Virus record (IMG/VR): IMGVR_UViG_3300047494_000112
Coordinates: 123,325-187,324 of that record
DNA from: a virus
Length of the DNA stretch: 64,000 nt
Strand: one strand, 5' to 3'
The notes beneath the pieces were generated by a model. That model saw nothing but the letters and a program-made list of their open reading frames with translations. It did not search any database and was not told the DNA's origin. How positions within the stretch are numbered: the stretch's first letter is position 1; every line of letters starts with the position of its first letter. Shown piece after piece: positions 1 through 8,152 of this stretch. Made by a program: the position numbers and the translations under genes.

Positions 1-219
1 TACAGCAAAGGTAGCTGCGCTGTAAATTATAAAGCCTCTGCTGACATTGAGGGGTCTTATGTCGTCGATGAAAACAACGTTTGCAAGTTGACTATCGACA
101 ATATCACATGGAATGGGCCTGACGAAGATGCTGATGAAGATGATGACGATTCCGACGAAGATGCTGATGAAGATGATGACGATTCCGACGAAGATTCGGA
201 TGAGGACGATGATGACTAG
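1..219 (+). CDS. Partial (5'-truncated) protein with Asp/Glu-rich tail
   Basis: Frame 1 is open to TAG at 217-219. It ends DEDADEDDDDSDEDADEDDDDSDEDSDEDDDD, with a tandem 33-bp duplication at 121-186. Confidence 0.7.
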   Translation, partial: YSKGSCAVNYKASADIEGSYVVDENNVCKLTIDNITWNGPDEDADEDDDDSDEDADEDDDDSDEDSDEDDDD

Positions 220-265
220 TTCCCGTGAAAAAGGCGAGTCAATCGATAGTTGAATAGCTAGACAT

Positions 266-291
266 TGTAGGGAGGCAATTGCCTCCCTACA
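266..291. terminator. Perfect 26-bp palindrome (hairpin, terminator or operator)
   Basis: tgtagggaggcaattgcctccctaca is intergenic; only a weak U-tract follows. Confidence 0.5.
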
Positions 292-313
292 CCTTATTAT
301 GGAGAGAAAATGT

Positions 314-820
314 ATGACCTACTACATTCAACGTAAAGCACCGCGCTTGAACGAAATTTGGGAGGCGTTTACTCGCGACGAAATAAGGGACCTTGAGGTA
401 GAATTTCAACCTTGCTATGACCCACCCAAGAACCGCAAGGGCGACAAAATGGATGTAATGTTTCTTTTCGGTGATAGTGTAACAGTGGTTGAGACCACCA
501 ATGACGAGAAAAGATTTTGGGTTACGTCAAACAGCTTAGATCCATTTGGTACTGTAGCGCCGGTTGCTGATATAATTGCCAACACAAAGGGCGTAGATGA
601 CATGATGGATGCGCTGAGACCAAAAGGATCGTACAAGCATCTAGGCAAATATTGCGCTACCTGGGAAGAAATATGGGCTGCTGCTTGCTATATTGAGAAT
701 GAGCCGCCAGAGAAATGGCCGACTGATGATGAACACCCTCGTGTTCCGTATGCTTTGCGTGATATAGAGCCGGACGATGATGACGATACCGGCTCTGATA
801 TGGATGATGACGATGAGTAA
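314..820 (+). CDS. Hypothetical protein, acidic C-terminus
   Basis: ORF 299..820; GGAGAG RBS precedes the ATG at 314. Confidence 0.75.
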   Translation: MTYYIQRKAPRLNEIWEAFTRDEIRDLEVEFQPCYDPPKNRKGDKMDVMFLFGDSVTVVETTNDEKRFWVTSNSLDPFGTVAPVADIIANTKGVDDMMDALRPKGSYKHLGKYCATWEEIWAAACYIENEPPEKWPTDDEHPRVPYALRDIEPDDDDDTGSDMDDDDE

Positions 821-1220
821 AGCTCTAGAAATACCTGATAAGACTTGCACTATCCGAAAGCTTGAGCATGACATGTGGCGCGGTGAATTTTCGCCTGGAT
901 TGCCGTATGATCCAATGACAAAAGGCTGCAAACACAATGCAGCCGACATTGAGATAATTGAGATACAGAGTCCTACAACGCATCAGGCCAATGTTTATTT
1001 GTCCATTCATGAGGTCGGCAAGCACGGCTTACGGTACATGCACTACCTATTTCACTTGATGGGTACGCGTGATACTGCTTTGACCGCCAAGCGCCTAACT
1101 AGCTTACTGAAAACCCACTTGGGCTACACTGTGATTGATCATGATAAAAAAGTAGCGTTAAACGCTTTGAAAAAACTCACCGAAGAAGAGATACGCGCAT
1201 TGCGTATCAGCGGCGTATAA
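813..1220 (+). CDS. Hypothetical protein
   Basis: ORF 777..1220; ATG at 813 overlaps the previous stop. Confidence 0.7.
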   Translation: MSKALEIPDKTCTIRKLEHDMWRGEFSPGLPYDPMTKGCKHNAADIEIIEIQSPTTHQANVYLSIHEVGKHGLRYMHYLFHLMGTRDTALTAKRLTSLLKTHLGYTVIDHDKKVALNALKKLTEEEIRALRISGV

Positions 1221-1253
1221 AGTAAACCTGACCGAAAAACAAGGAGCCATCAA

Positions 1254-1523
1254 ATGCAGGTATTTAAAGATCTAGAAACTCTGGTTGCACTAGTACCTGA
1301 AGAAAAGGCAATGGCTATTAGCTTCAAAATTCTTCAAGAGGAGCTTAATCGAAGTGTAGATTCAGTGGTTGAAGAGCTTCGATCCAAAGGATTCTTTTTA
1401 GCTGAAGACAATGTCTCGCTATTGATTGCACGCTCTGAGAATATAATTGATGCTGCCTGTAATGGTGCGGAAATTTTGGAATTGAATGAAATTGCTCTAG
1501 AATCTCCAAGATATTTGTCCTAA
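1254..1523 (+). CDS. Hypothetical protein
   Basis: ORF with AAGGAG RBS. Confidence 0.75.
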   Translation: MQVFKDLETLVALVPEEKAMAISFKILQEELNRSVDSVVEELRSKGFFLAEDNVSLLIARSENIIDAACNGAEILELNEIALESPRYLS

Positions 1524-1533
1524 TACCAGGAGA

Positions 1534-1956
1534 ATGAAAATGGCTACTCCGATAAAAGATAGGATTGAGATAGCAGCTGTACTAGGTATTTCTATTGGAA
1601 CATATGTAAACTATGATAATTTTGATGACGGAGACGAAGAAGCAGAAGGTAGCTGTGAAAACGGAGAACAAATTTTTGTAGGCTTTGAGCCCAATAAAAC
1701 ATTCAAAATGTACCTACCTGATAACTGGTTAGAAAATATTTCAAAGTGGAAGAAACAAAAGATTAATCAAATAGAACCTGCTTGGTTTTTGAAGCTTTTC
1801 CACGAGACGGGCTCAATTAAGCTAATCAATTACGAGACAGGCATAGATGAAGACACCTTCGAGGAAGAAATTGATGGTGAACAGCTACAATGGCTAGATA
1901 TTTTGATGCACTTGGTAAGTGCTGATGAAGATATGAATGAGGAAGGCGAGGAATGA
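1534..1956 (+). CDS. Hypothetical acidic protein
   Basis: ORF with AGGAG RBS, coupled to the next gene. Confidence 0.75.
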   Translation: MKMATPIKDRIEIAAVLGISIGTYVNYDNFDDGDEEAEGSCENGEQIFVGFEPNKTFKMYLPDNWLENISKWKKQKINQIEPAWFLKLFHETGSIKLINYETGIDEDTFEEEIDGEQLQWLDILMHLVSADEDMNEEGEE

Positions 1957-2348
1957 AACTCAAATTGGTTCTGACTTGCGGGGCTTGCCCTGAGCAGTAT
2001 GATGTCTTTGATCCAGATAATACAAGAATTGGATACTTGCGTCTAAGGCATGGGCATTTTAGTGCAGAATATCTTGGTGATACACATGTTGCTGATGACG
2101 AAGGATGGCTAGGTGAGATAGTGTATGAAGCAAGACCAAAAGGTGACGGCATATTTGATTCTGAAGAACGTGATTATTATCTGCGCTGGGCTGTATACAA
2201 GCTGCTAGAAAGAATTAAAAAAGGTGAACCTTTTTCAAAAGAAAAGCCTAAAGCTCCTGATGTAGAATATGAAATTGAAGGTGACGCAGAAGAATGGGGT
2301 GGCTGGGGAAATTACTTGCAGGATAAAGGCGACGATGATAATGTCTAA
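1953..2348 (+). CDS. Hypothetical phage protein (CGACPEQYD motif)
   Basis: ORF with GAGGA RBS and ATGA overlap. Confidence 0.75.
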   Translation: MKLKLVLTCGACPEQYDVFDPDNTRIGYLRLRHGHFSAEYLGDTHVADDEGWLGEIVYEARPKGDGIFDSEERDYYLRWAVYKLLERIKKGEPFSKEKPKAPDVEYEIEGDAEEWGGWGNYLQDKGDDDNV

Positions 2349-2577
2349 TCTATATAAACCGTCGCAAGAAGAAATTATGAATATAGCATTGGATATCACT
2401 GCTCCTAATCACAGCGTTCAGATTGAGATTCGTGAGGATGGGCAAGTGATATGGGTGAACATAGATGGTGTTTGTGCCTTAAGAGTTTGCCGTATCCCTA
2501 AGCTGGAATTAAATGACAGTAGAAAACGTATCTTAGATACGCATGTTACGCACTTGTCAGGTGGTGAACTTAGGTAG
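2341..2577 (+). CDS. Hypothetical protein
   Basis: ORF 2269..2577; likely ATG at 2341 overlaps the upstream stop. Confidence 0.65.
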   Translation: MSNLYKPSQEEIMNIALDITAPNHSVQIEIREDGQVIWVNIDGVCALRVCRIPKLELNDSRKRILDTHVTHLSGGELR

Positions 2578-2586
2578 GAAAAATCA

Positions 2587-2790
2587 ATGACTGAATATAG
2601 ATGGAAAAACGGCGGGCTATGCTTTAAATCAAGTTTGCCAAACGCAAAATGGCGCCCATGCTCTTTGGGACAAACTATTTTTTATCTAAAAGGCAAGATT
2701 CGTAGCACTGCAAGAAAATTGGCTACCAATCATGATGTTTCAGCAATAGACTTGCTAGAGTTAATAGGTGAGCATGATGCCTCAGCTTGA
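2587..2790 (+). CDS. Hypothetical protein
   Basis: ORF with AGGA RBS. Confidence 0.6.
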   Translation: MTEYRWKNGGLCFKSSLPNAKWRPCSLGQTIFYLKGKIRSTARKLATNHDVSAIDLLELIGEHDASA

Positions 2791-3100
2791 GTGGACAGTA
2801 AAACCGTTTGTATCTCGTTTTCATTGGATTTGGCATAATTGGGAACGCTGGCAAGATCAAGGCGACGAGACTCAGCGTAGAGAGTGCCTAGTTTGTGGTA
2901 AATTACAGGTTCGATCTACTTCACTATGTCAGCATACTTGGTTGGATAGAGGAATTACAAGAGTAATACATTTTGTTGACGAAAAACCGACAAAGGAACT
3001 GGGTATCAAATATGAATATGGCTGTATGAGATGTGCCAGGCACAAAACTGTCTTTAGTCCTCACGATATTAATCAGCGTACAAAAGTCACAATTACTTAG
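2768..3100 (+). CDS. Hypothetical Cys/His-rich (zinc-binding?) protein
   Basis: Repeated H-x-W...C-x2-C motifs. Confidence 0.6.
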   Translation: MSMMPQLEWTVKPFVSRFHWIWHNWERWQDQGDETQRRECLVCGKLQVRSTSLCQHTWLDRGITRVIHFVDEKPTKELGIKYEYGCMRCARHKTVFSPHDINQRTKVTIT

Positions 3101-3109
3101 GAGATTGAG

Positions 3110-3553
3110 ATGATCGATCTACGCCACGTTCAAGGTGACGCTCAAAGAGCAATCAAGTTGTATTGCACTATCTGTCAAAAAAACGAAGCTGTAATGTTCC
3201 TTGAACAAGTATACCGTAATCTGTGCGACAGGCTAAACCTGGATCCTGCTGTAGATCTTACAACCGCATACGTTGATAGCGCGCTGTATCAGCGATTAAT
3301 TATCTCAGAAACAATTATCATACTTTTGTCTTTAGATGAGATTCATTTGAATCTGGTAAATTCTGATTTGCAAGAAGCTTGCGATACTCTAATCGCACTT
3401 GAAGAACCTGAACAGGTGGGGTTTGAACAGTCTCTTGAGGAAGAAGATGATAGCAATAGGCGCATCATTGAATCCAATGACGTTTTTGATGTTGAAGAAG
3501 TCGGTAGCGATTTCGATAATGTTTTCCTGGAAGATCCCTATGACGATGAATAG
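3110..3553 (+). CDS. Hypothetical protein, acidic C-terminus
   Basis: ORF with AGGAG RBS. Confidence 0.75.
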   Translation: MIDLRHVQGDAQRAIKLYCTICQKNEAVMFLEQVYRNLCDRLNLDPAVDLTTAYVDSALYQRLIISETIIILLSLDEIHLNLVNSDLQEACDTLIALEEPEQVGFEQSLEEEDDSNRRIIESNDVFDVEEVGSDFDNVFLEDPYDDE

Positions 3554-3556
3554 AAA

Positions 3557-3700
3557 TTGCAGGCTATCCAGTGATAGCGCAACACTTACACAGCCTCATT
3601 ATCTTGAGGCTGGGTAAGACTGGTAAATCACACCAGTCTAGTAGACGCGGACACGCTAGGCGCAATTGCGTGAGCTGTACGGCAAGGACATTGCGCGTAT
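3557..3700 (+). ncRNA. Putative structured ncRNA or 5' leader (4 or more consecutive hairpins)
   Basis: Stems gctatc/gatagc, cttac-cagcctca/tgaggctg-gtaag, agactggt/accagtct and gcgcaat/attgcgc fill a GC-rich 170-nt intergenic gap. Confidence 0.45.
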
Positions 3701-3723
3701 TTTAACACCGTAAAGGGTAAAAA

Positions 3724-4296
3724 ATGGCTTCTATCAAGAAAATGAAGAGTGAAATTGCTGCAAAGTTGGATGAGCTTTCGGACGAGCTTGTAACTGCTCA
3801 CCATACTTTGATTATGGCAGCCGGAACCGATGACGATGATACTTCATCCGATGACGATGACGATGACGATGTTGTATCTGACGATGACGATGACGATGAT
3901 GACTCTTCGTCTGATGATGACGATGATAGCAACGATGACGATGACGATGATACTTCATCTGATGACGATGACGATGATACTTCATCTGATGACGATGACG
4001 ATGACGATGATGACTCTTCGTCTGATGATGACGATGATGACGATGATAGCACTGATGACGATGACGATGATAGCACCGATGACGATGACGATGATGAACC
4101 CGCGCCGAAGCGTACCAAAAAAGTAAAGCCGGGAAAAAAGGCAGCTAAACCTGCCAAAAAAGTCAAGAAACCCGCAAAGGTGAAAAAGCCTGCAGCAAAG
4201 GTAAAAGCTGCCAAAGGTAAGGCAGTAAAGAAGACAGCTAAAGCTAAGCCTGGACCTAAGGCTGGCAAAAAGAAGACCACCAAAAAGACACGTTAA
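3724..4296 (+). CDS. Histone H1-like polyampholyte (Asp/Ser tract followed by PAKK-type Lys tail)
   Basis: About 90 aa of D/S/T followed by K/A/P-rich repeats; followed by a terminator. Confidence 0.8.
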   Translation: MASIKKMKSEIAAKLDELSDELVTAHHTLIMAAGTDDDDTSSDDDDDDDVVSDDDDDDDDSSSDDDDDSNDDDDDDTSSDDDDDDTSSDDDDDDDDDSSSDDDDDDDDSTDDDDDDSTDDDDDDEPAPKRTKKVKPGKKAAKPAKKVKKPAKVKKPAAKVKAAKGKAVKKTAKAKPGPKAGKKKTTKKTR

Positions 4297-4302
4297 TCAG
4301 GT

Positions 4303-4330
4303 AATGGGGGTGTAACAGCCCCCATTTTCT
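4303..4330 (+). terminator. Rho-independent terminator
   Basis: aatggggg-tgtaacag-cccccatt then ttct. Confidence 0.75.
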
Positions 4331-4346
4331 GTTTAGGAAAAAATTA

Positions 4347-4778
4347 ATGGCAACAGAATATCACGTTGCTGTTAACAGCAACGGAATTAGACATTTGATA
4401 GGAGAAATTATCTCCACAAATGAAAACGGCATTGTGTTCCAATTCAAACAACCTCGTTCTTCTAAGAGGTTAAGAGTAACGGTTCCTTCTTATGCAATTA
4501 TCTTGATCAAAGAAAATGGCATCAAGAGTGAGTTAATTTTTCAGTCTCCTAGCTATGAAGTGGTAAGATTTACCGGAGTAACAAACGTAAGACAATCAAA
4601 AATTGTAGGACTCTCTGTAGGTGAAGCTAAAAAGGGAGAAACACTGCATTTTTCTTCCGACCGAGCTTTTGTTGCTTCATTACATGAGAAAACTAAAAGA
4701 GAAAGAAAAGCAACAAAATCTTCAAATACTGCTGTAAAAAAGAGTAAAGGTAAGCCAATCAAGGCACAAGCTTGGTGA
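4347..4778 (+). CDS. Hypothetical protein with basic tail
   Basis: ORF with AGGA RBS. Confidence 0.7.
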   Translation: MATEYHVAVNSNGIRHLIGEIISTNENGIVFQFKQPRSSKRLRVTVPSYAIILIKENGIKSELIFQSPSYEVVRFTGVTNVRQSKIVGLSVGEAKKGETLHFSSDRAFVASLHEKTKRERKATKSSNTAVKKSKGKPIKAQAW

Positions 4779-4789
4779 AAGGAAATTAA

Positions 4790-5152
4790 ATGACAATGTA
4801 TCGTGACGCAGAAAGAGAGTTCTTGCGTGAGCCTTCTTTGGAAGGCTTGTCCTATCTATTGCGTAATTTGAGTAGACTTCGTCCTGATTGGAAATGGAAT
4901 TTTGAAAAAGAAAATAGCTGTGCTTATGGATTGTTTTATGATCAATGGCCTACCGAGGAAGAGAAATTCTTTAGTGGTCCATGTGGCATGGGTTTTTGGA
5001 GTAGCCTAAACATATTCTTTGGCTGGGGTATCAGACACATGCCGAATCGTCATGTTAGGCCATATCATATTGCTTATCTGATTGATAAGTATTTGGAAAA
5101 ACATCCTGAGATGTCAAAAAGTCAAAGACTGTACGCTTTTTTGAATAGCTAA
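4790..5152 (+). CDS. Hypothetical protein
   Basis: ORF with AAGGA RBS. Confidence 0.7.
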   Translation: MTMYRDAEREFLREPSLEGLSYLLRNLSRLRPDWKWNFEKENSCAYGLFYDQWPTEEEKFFSGPCGMGFWSSLNIFFGWGIRHMPNRHVRPYHIAYLIDKYLEKHPEMSKSQRLYAFLNS

Positions 5153-5158
5153 CTAAAT

Positions 5159-5236
5159 GGGGCCGTGGACTAATGGATAAGTCAACTGCCTTCTAAGCAG
5201 TTCATCATGTGAGTTCGACTCTCACCGGTCCCGCCA
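5159..5236 (+). tRNA. tRNA-Arg (TCT)
   Basis: Acceptor GGGGCCG/CGGTCCC; anticodon arm actgc-cTTCTaa-gcagt (loop cttctaa); TTCGA T-loop; encoded CCA. Confidence 0.93.
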
Positions 5237-5238
5237 TA

Positions 5239-5316
5239 GGAAGGTTAGCTCAGCCTGGTTAGAGCGGCCCGCTCATAACGGGTTGGTCACTGGTTCAAAT
5301 CCAGTACCTTCCACCA
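5239..5316 (+). tRNA. tRNA with CAT anticodon (elongator Met or Ile2; not initiator)
   Basis: Acceptor GGAAGGT/ACCTTCC with G1-C72; loop ctCATaa; TTCAA T-loop; encoded CCA. The variable/T region resembles Ile2 tRNAs. Confidence 0.9.
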
Positions 5317-5354
5317 TTTATAATGATGCAGACTAAACCACAACGGAGAGTAAA

Positions 5355-6338
5355 ATGAAACGCTTACTAGCAGTAGCTTTAATTGCTTTTGGGTTTGCAA
5401 CACATGCAAACGCTCAATCGACCCCTAGTCTAGATTCGCTTGATAATTCAACCGTTCAAACGGTGACAATTACCGTTGCTTGCGGTGATCTGAAAAAAGC
5501 AAATTGTGCAGAAATACTGCCGCACATAGCTCAATATACTTCAGCAAGCAACGTGCAAATTCAGCCAGTTGCTTCACGAGGCAGCGTTCAATCAGCTGAA
5601 GGACTTTGCAAAGGTCTAATTAATGCAGCGGTTGGGCAGCATGATGCTTTTGCGGAAGTCGAACAACAAACTTTATGTGCTAATACGTTTACGTCTGTTG
5701 GACATCCATTGTATCCATACTTTGGCTACCTAATTGTAGCCGCCAGTAATAAGGCAAACAGCCTAAATGATATGGTTGATAATTTGCCAACTGGAAAGGA
5801 TGTTCAGATTGCAGACGGCAAGGTCGGCTCTGGTGGTCAGATAACGTTTGATAATATTCGACAGTACGGTACAGACGACAACGGCAATTCGTATCAAACA
5901 ACAGTTTCAGCTTTGCCTGAAGACTGGACCATTGCTCAGGAACAAATTTCATCAGGCCAGCTTGATGGATACTTTATCATGGATGCTCCTGGCTCGCCTT
6001 TGATTGCACAAATCAAGAGTATCATTGATCCAAATACTAAAAAGCCAGCGTTCAAATTTTTGGATGTTCGCCCCGGTGACAAGTTTTATGATCTTCAAGA
6101 TTGGAAAGGCGTTCCCTTGTATCAAGAAGTCACAATTAACGGTGGAGGTTGGTTTTCAAACGCTACAAAAACTGTAAGCACTTGGGCTGAGCTGTATGCA
6201 AACACTACTTGGACTAATTCGGATACAAACGAGCAAGCGTTTAGTGTATTGCAGCAATCAGCCGATCAAGCTGATGCAGCAATTCGAGCGTCAACTTTGA
6301 CGCCTAAGGACTGGACAGGCGACATTCCTAAAAACTAA
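5355..6338 (+). CDS. Secreted TAXI-family TRAP-like substrate-binding protein
   Basis: N-terminal signal peptide (MKRLLAVALIAFGFATHANA); S-x-GS-x-x-S-x-x-x-L and GSGG motifs typical of TAXI SBPs. Confidence 0.7.
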   Translation: MKRLLAVALIAFGFATHANAQSTPSLDSLDNSTVQTVTITVACGDLKKANCAEILPHIAQYTSASNVQIQPVASRGSVQSAEGLCKGLINAAVGQHDAFAEVEQQTLCANTFTSVGHPLYPYFGYLIVAASNKANSLNDMVDNLPTGKDVQIADGKVGSGGQITFDNIRQYGTDDNGNSYQTTVSALPEDWTIAQEQISSGQLDGYFIMDAPGSPLIAQIKSIIDPNTKKPAFKFLDVRPGDKFYDLQDWKGVPLYQEVTINGGGWFSNATKTVSTWAELYANTTWTNSDTNEQAFSVLQQSADQADAAIRASTLTPKDWTGDIPKN

Positions 6339-6341
6339 TAG

Positions 6342-6460
6342 AGCTTGCCGCGCCGAGTAGGGGCAAGAGGCGACGATCCGGGTGCCATGAGTATCGCCGC
6401 GTGGAGCTAGATAATGCTACAGTTATCCCCTCAGTGAAGTAGCCACTACGGATCACAGTT
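6342..6460 (+). ncRNA. Putative structured RNA in a GC-rich intergenic gap
   Basis: Stems cttgcc/ggcaag, ggcga/tcgcc, gataa/ttatc, gtgg..gcta/tagccac, and the longer-range pair gatccg/cggatc. Confidence 0.35.
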
Positions 6461-6474
6461 TACTGGAGAAAGAC

Positions 6475-6708
6475 ATGAGATGGCTAAGTGAAAAATTTGG
6501 TGCATTTATCCTAAAATGGAAAATATCTCTATGGTTATCTATACTGGCACTAATCTACAGTGCGGCTTGTATGCACGTTACACTATGGGAACCTGTAATT
6601 ATAATGTTTCTGATTATTGTTTTGTACCTAGCTCGCATTTTTGCTCACATTGAAGGCGAGGAAAAATACAAAGTAAAGTTGGCTAATAAGTTAGGAGAAA
6701 AGAAATGA
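6475..6708 (+). CDS. Small membrane protein (2 TM)
   Basis: Two hydrophobic segments; GGAG RBS. Confidence 0.7.
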   Translation: MRWLSEKFGAFILKWKISLWLSILALIYSAACMHVTLWEPVIIMFLIIVLYLARIFAHIEGEEKYKVKLANKLGEKK

Positions 6709-6935
6709 GTGAGCTTGCTGATAACCGTCGCGAAAAAAATGATACCAAAAAACAAGCTTCAATTCATCCAAATAAACGGAGTGCAAAGACAATTGCAAGA
6801 CGTAGGCAAAATTATCTGCGTAATAAACAGATAAGAGCTGAGTTATATAAAGCTCATAGGTCCAGTGGATGGAATAACCAGGTTAGTACCTGGCACGAAA
6901 CGCTAAAAGCTTTGTCTAACGGAAGCGCTGGTTAG
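6705..6935 (+). CDS. Small basic hypothetical protein
   Basis: AGGAG RBS; ATGA overlap. Confidence 0.65.
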   Translation: MSELADNRREKNDTKKQASIHPNKRSAKTIARRRQNYLRNKQIRAELYKAHRSSGWNNQVSTWHETLKALSNGSAG

Positions 6936-6983
6936 ATTTGCAGCTATTACTAAATCGATAAACCAATATTAACGGAGATTGTT

Positions 6984-7610
6984 GTGCTTGAATTGATAAA
7001 AGTTTTTAAGATTAAAGACTTGGTTGAAAAAGATAACATGTTTCGTAGGTTAATAGTATCCAAGCTAATATCTCAGCTTGAGACAAAAGAGACCTATGAA
7101 TTTGTTGAGAATGACCGTTCTATTCCGAGCAATATGAATGGCATGATTAGAGCAGCTTTAGAGAAAAGTAAAAACAGACTACCAGAGTTGCAAGATTGTT
7201 GGATTTTATCCTCACATATTGGTTTCATGAATACTGAGGATGAGGAAGAAAATCCTTGGGATATAATGCACATTCACTGTAGGCTTGTAGATAATAAGCT
7301 AGTTACAGTTGAAAAAGCTCCAGAGGGGTACGAACTACACCGAATTTTTGAGGTGTGCATCAAGTATGATCTAATTTTTTCGCAAGTTCAAACTTTGGAT
7401 ATAAAATTAGACATTAAATTTAAAGATATTGAAATTGAAGATGAAGAGCTGATTAACGGTATGGAATTGGCTGGCTTAGTTGAAGAAGAGTTGGATGAGC
7501 TGGGCTACACTGATGACGATGATGACGAATATGAGGATGAAGATCCAGTTGAAGATTACAAAGGCTTCTTGCCTGGTGAGTTGCCTTTGAAGGATGATAC
7601 TCTTACATAA
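6984..7610 (+). CDS. Hypothetical protein with acidic tail
   Basis: ORF with GGAG RBS and GTG start. Confidence 0.7.
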   Translation: MLELIKVFKIKDLVEKDNMFRRLIVSKLISQLETKETYEFVENDRSIPSNMNGMIRAALEKSKNRLPELQDCWILSSHIGFMNTEDEEENPWDIMHIHCRLVDNKLVTVEKAPEGYELHRIFEVCIKYDLIFSQVQTLDIKLDIKFKDIEIEDEELINGMELAGLVEEELDELGYTDDDDDEYEDEDPVEDYKGFLPGELPLKDDTLT

Positions 7611-7696
7611 ACAGGCGCCAGACACTTTTTGGCTTGCTGTTTGCTCCTGCTGTAATCCGTAGTCCTGGTTATAAGATCAATTTTGGAGTTACAGGT

Positions 7697-7936
7697 ATGG
7701 CAAAAGTTTTGATCATTGCAAAGTATGCTGATGAGAGTGCGCGTGAATGTTTGGGTAGGCTTTTGGAGGATTTTTGTCTTCAAGACAGCATTTGGGACTC
7801 TTACACTGGTAAACAATTAGGAGTTGCTGAATACTATGAAGCGGACAAGAGAAATTTTGCTGAATCTGTGTTGTCAGAATGTAGGAAATTAAATCCTTCA
7901 GTTGGTTATGACATTGTTGAGGTAAACAAGGCATGA
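7697..7936 (+). CDS. Hypothetical protein
   Basis: ORF 7634..7936; likely ATG at 7697. Confidence 0.6.
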   Translation: MAKVLIIAKYADESARECLGRLLEDFCLQDSIWDSYTGKQLGVAEYYEADKRNFAESVLSECRKLNPSVGYDIVEVNKA

Positions 7937-8127
7937 TGAAATATTCAGCTTCAATTACTGTTGGTGAACACGACCTTTCTTATCCTGAAGGAACTAACAC
8001 TCTACAAATGCTGGAGATACATCGAGACATTGACAAGATTCAGGATACTGTCACAATTTGGATTGATCAGCAAAGAATTAAGCTGACTTTTGAAGAGTTT
8101 CAGAGCATTGTACGAGAAATAATGTAA
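7933..8127 (+). CDS. Hypothetical protein
   Basis: ATGA coupling with the previous gene. Confidence 0.6.
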   Translation: MMKYSASITVGEHDLSYPEGTNTLQMLEIHRDIDKIQDTVTIWIDQQRIKLTFEEFQSIVREIM

Positions 8128-8141
8128 TTGGCCGGTTAGCT
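8128..8141 (+). repeat. 14-bp direct repeat of the tRNA-Val 5' end
   Basis: ttggccggttagct is identical to 9406-9419. Confidence 0.8.
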
Positions 8142-8152
8142 GGGAGTCTAGC

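Noticed and set aside
3798-4283. Minus-strand Ser/Phe-rich ORFs (also 58221..58682, 33978..34196, 28133..28660) and the Met/Thr-rich alternate frame 3830..4126
   Set aside because: These are shadows of low-complexity Asp/Lys-rich genes on the + strand and have no RBS context.
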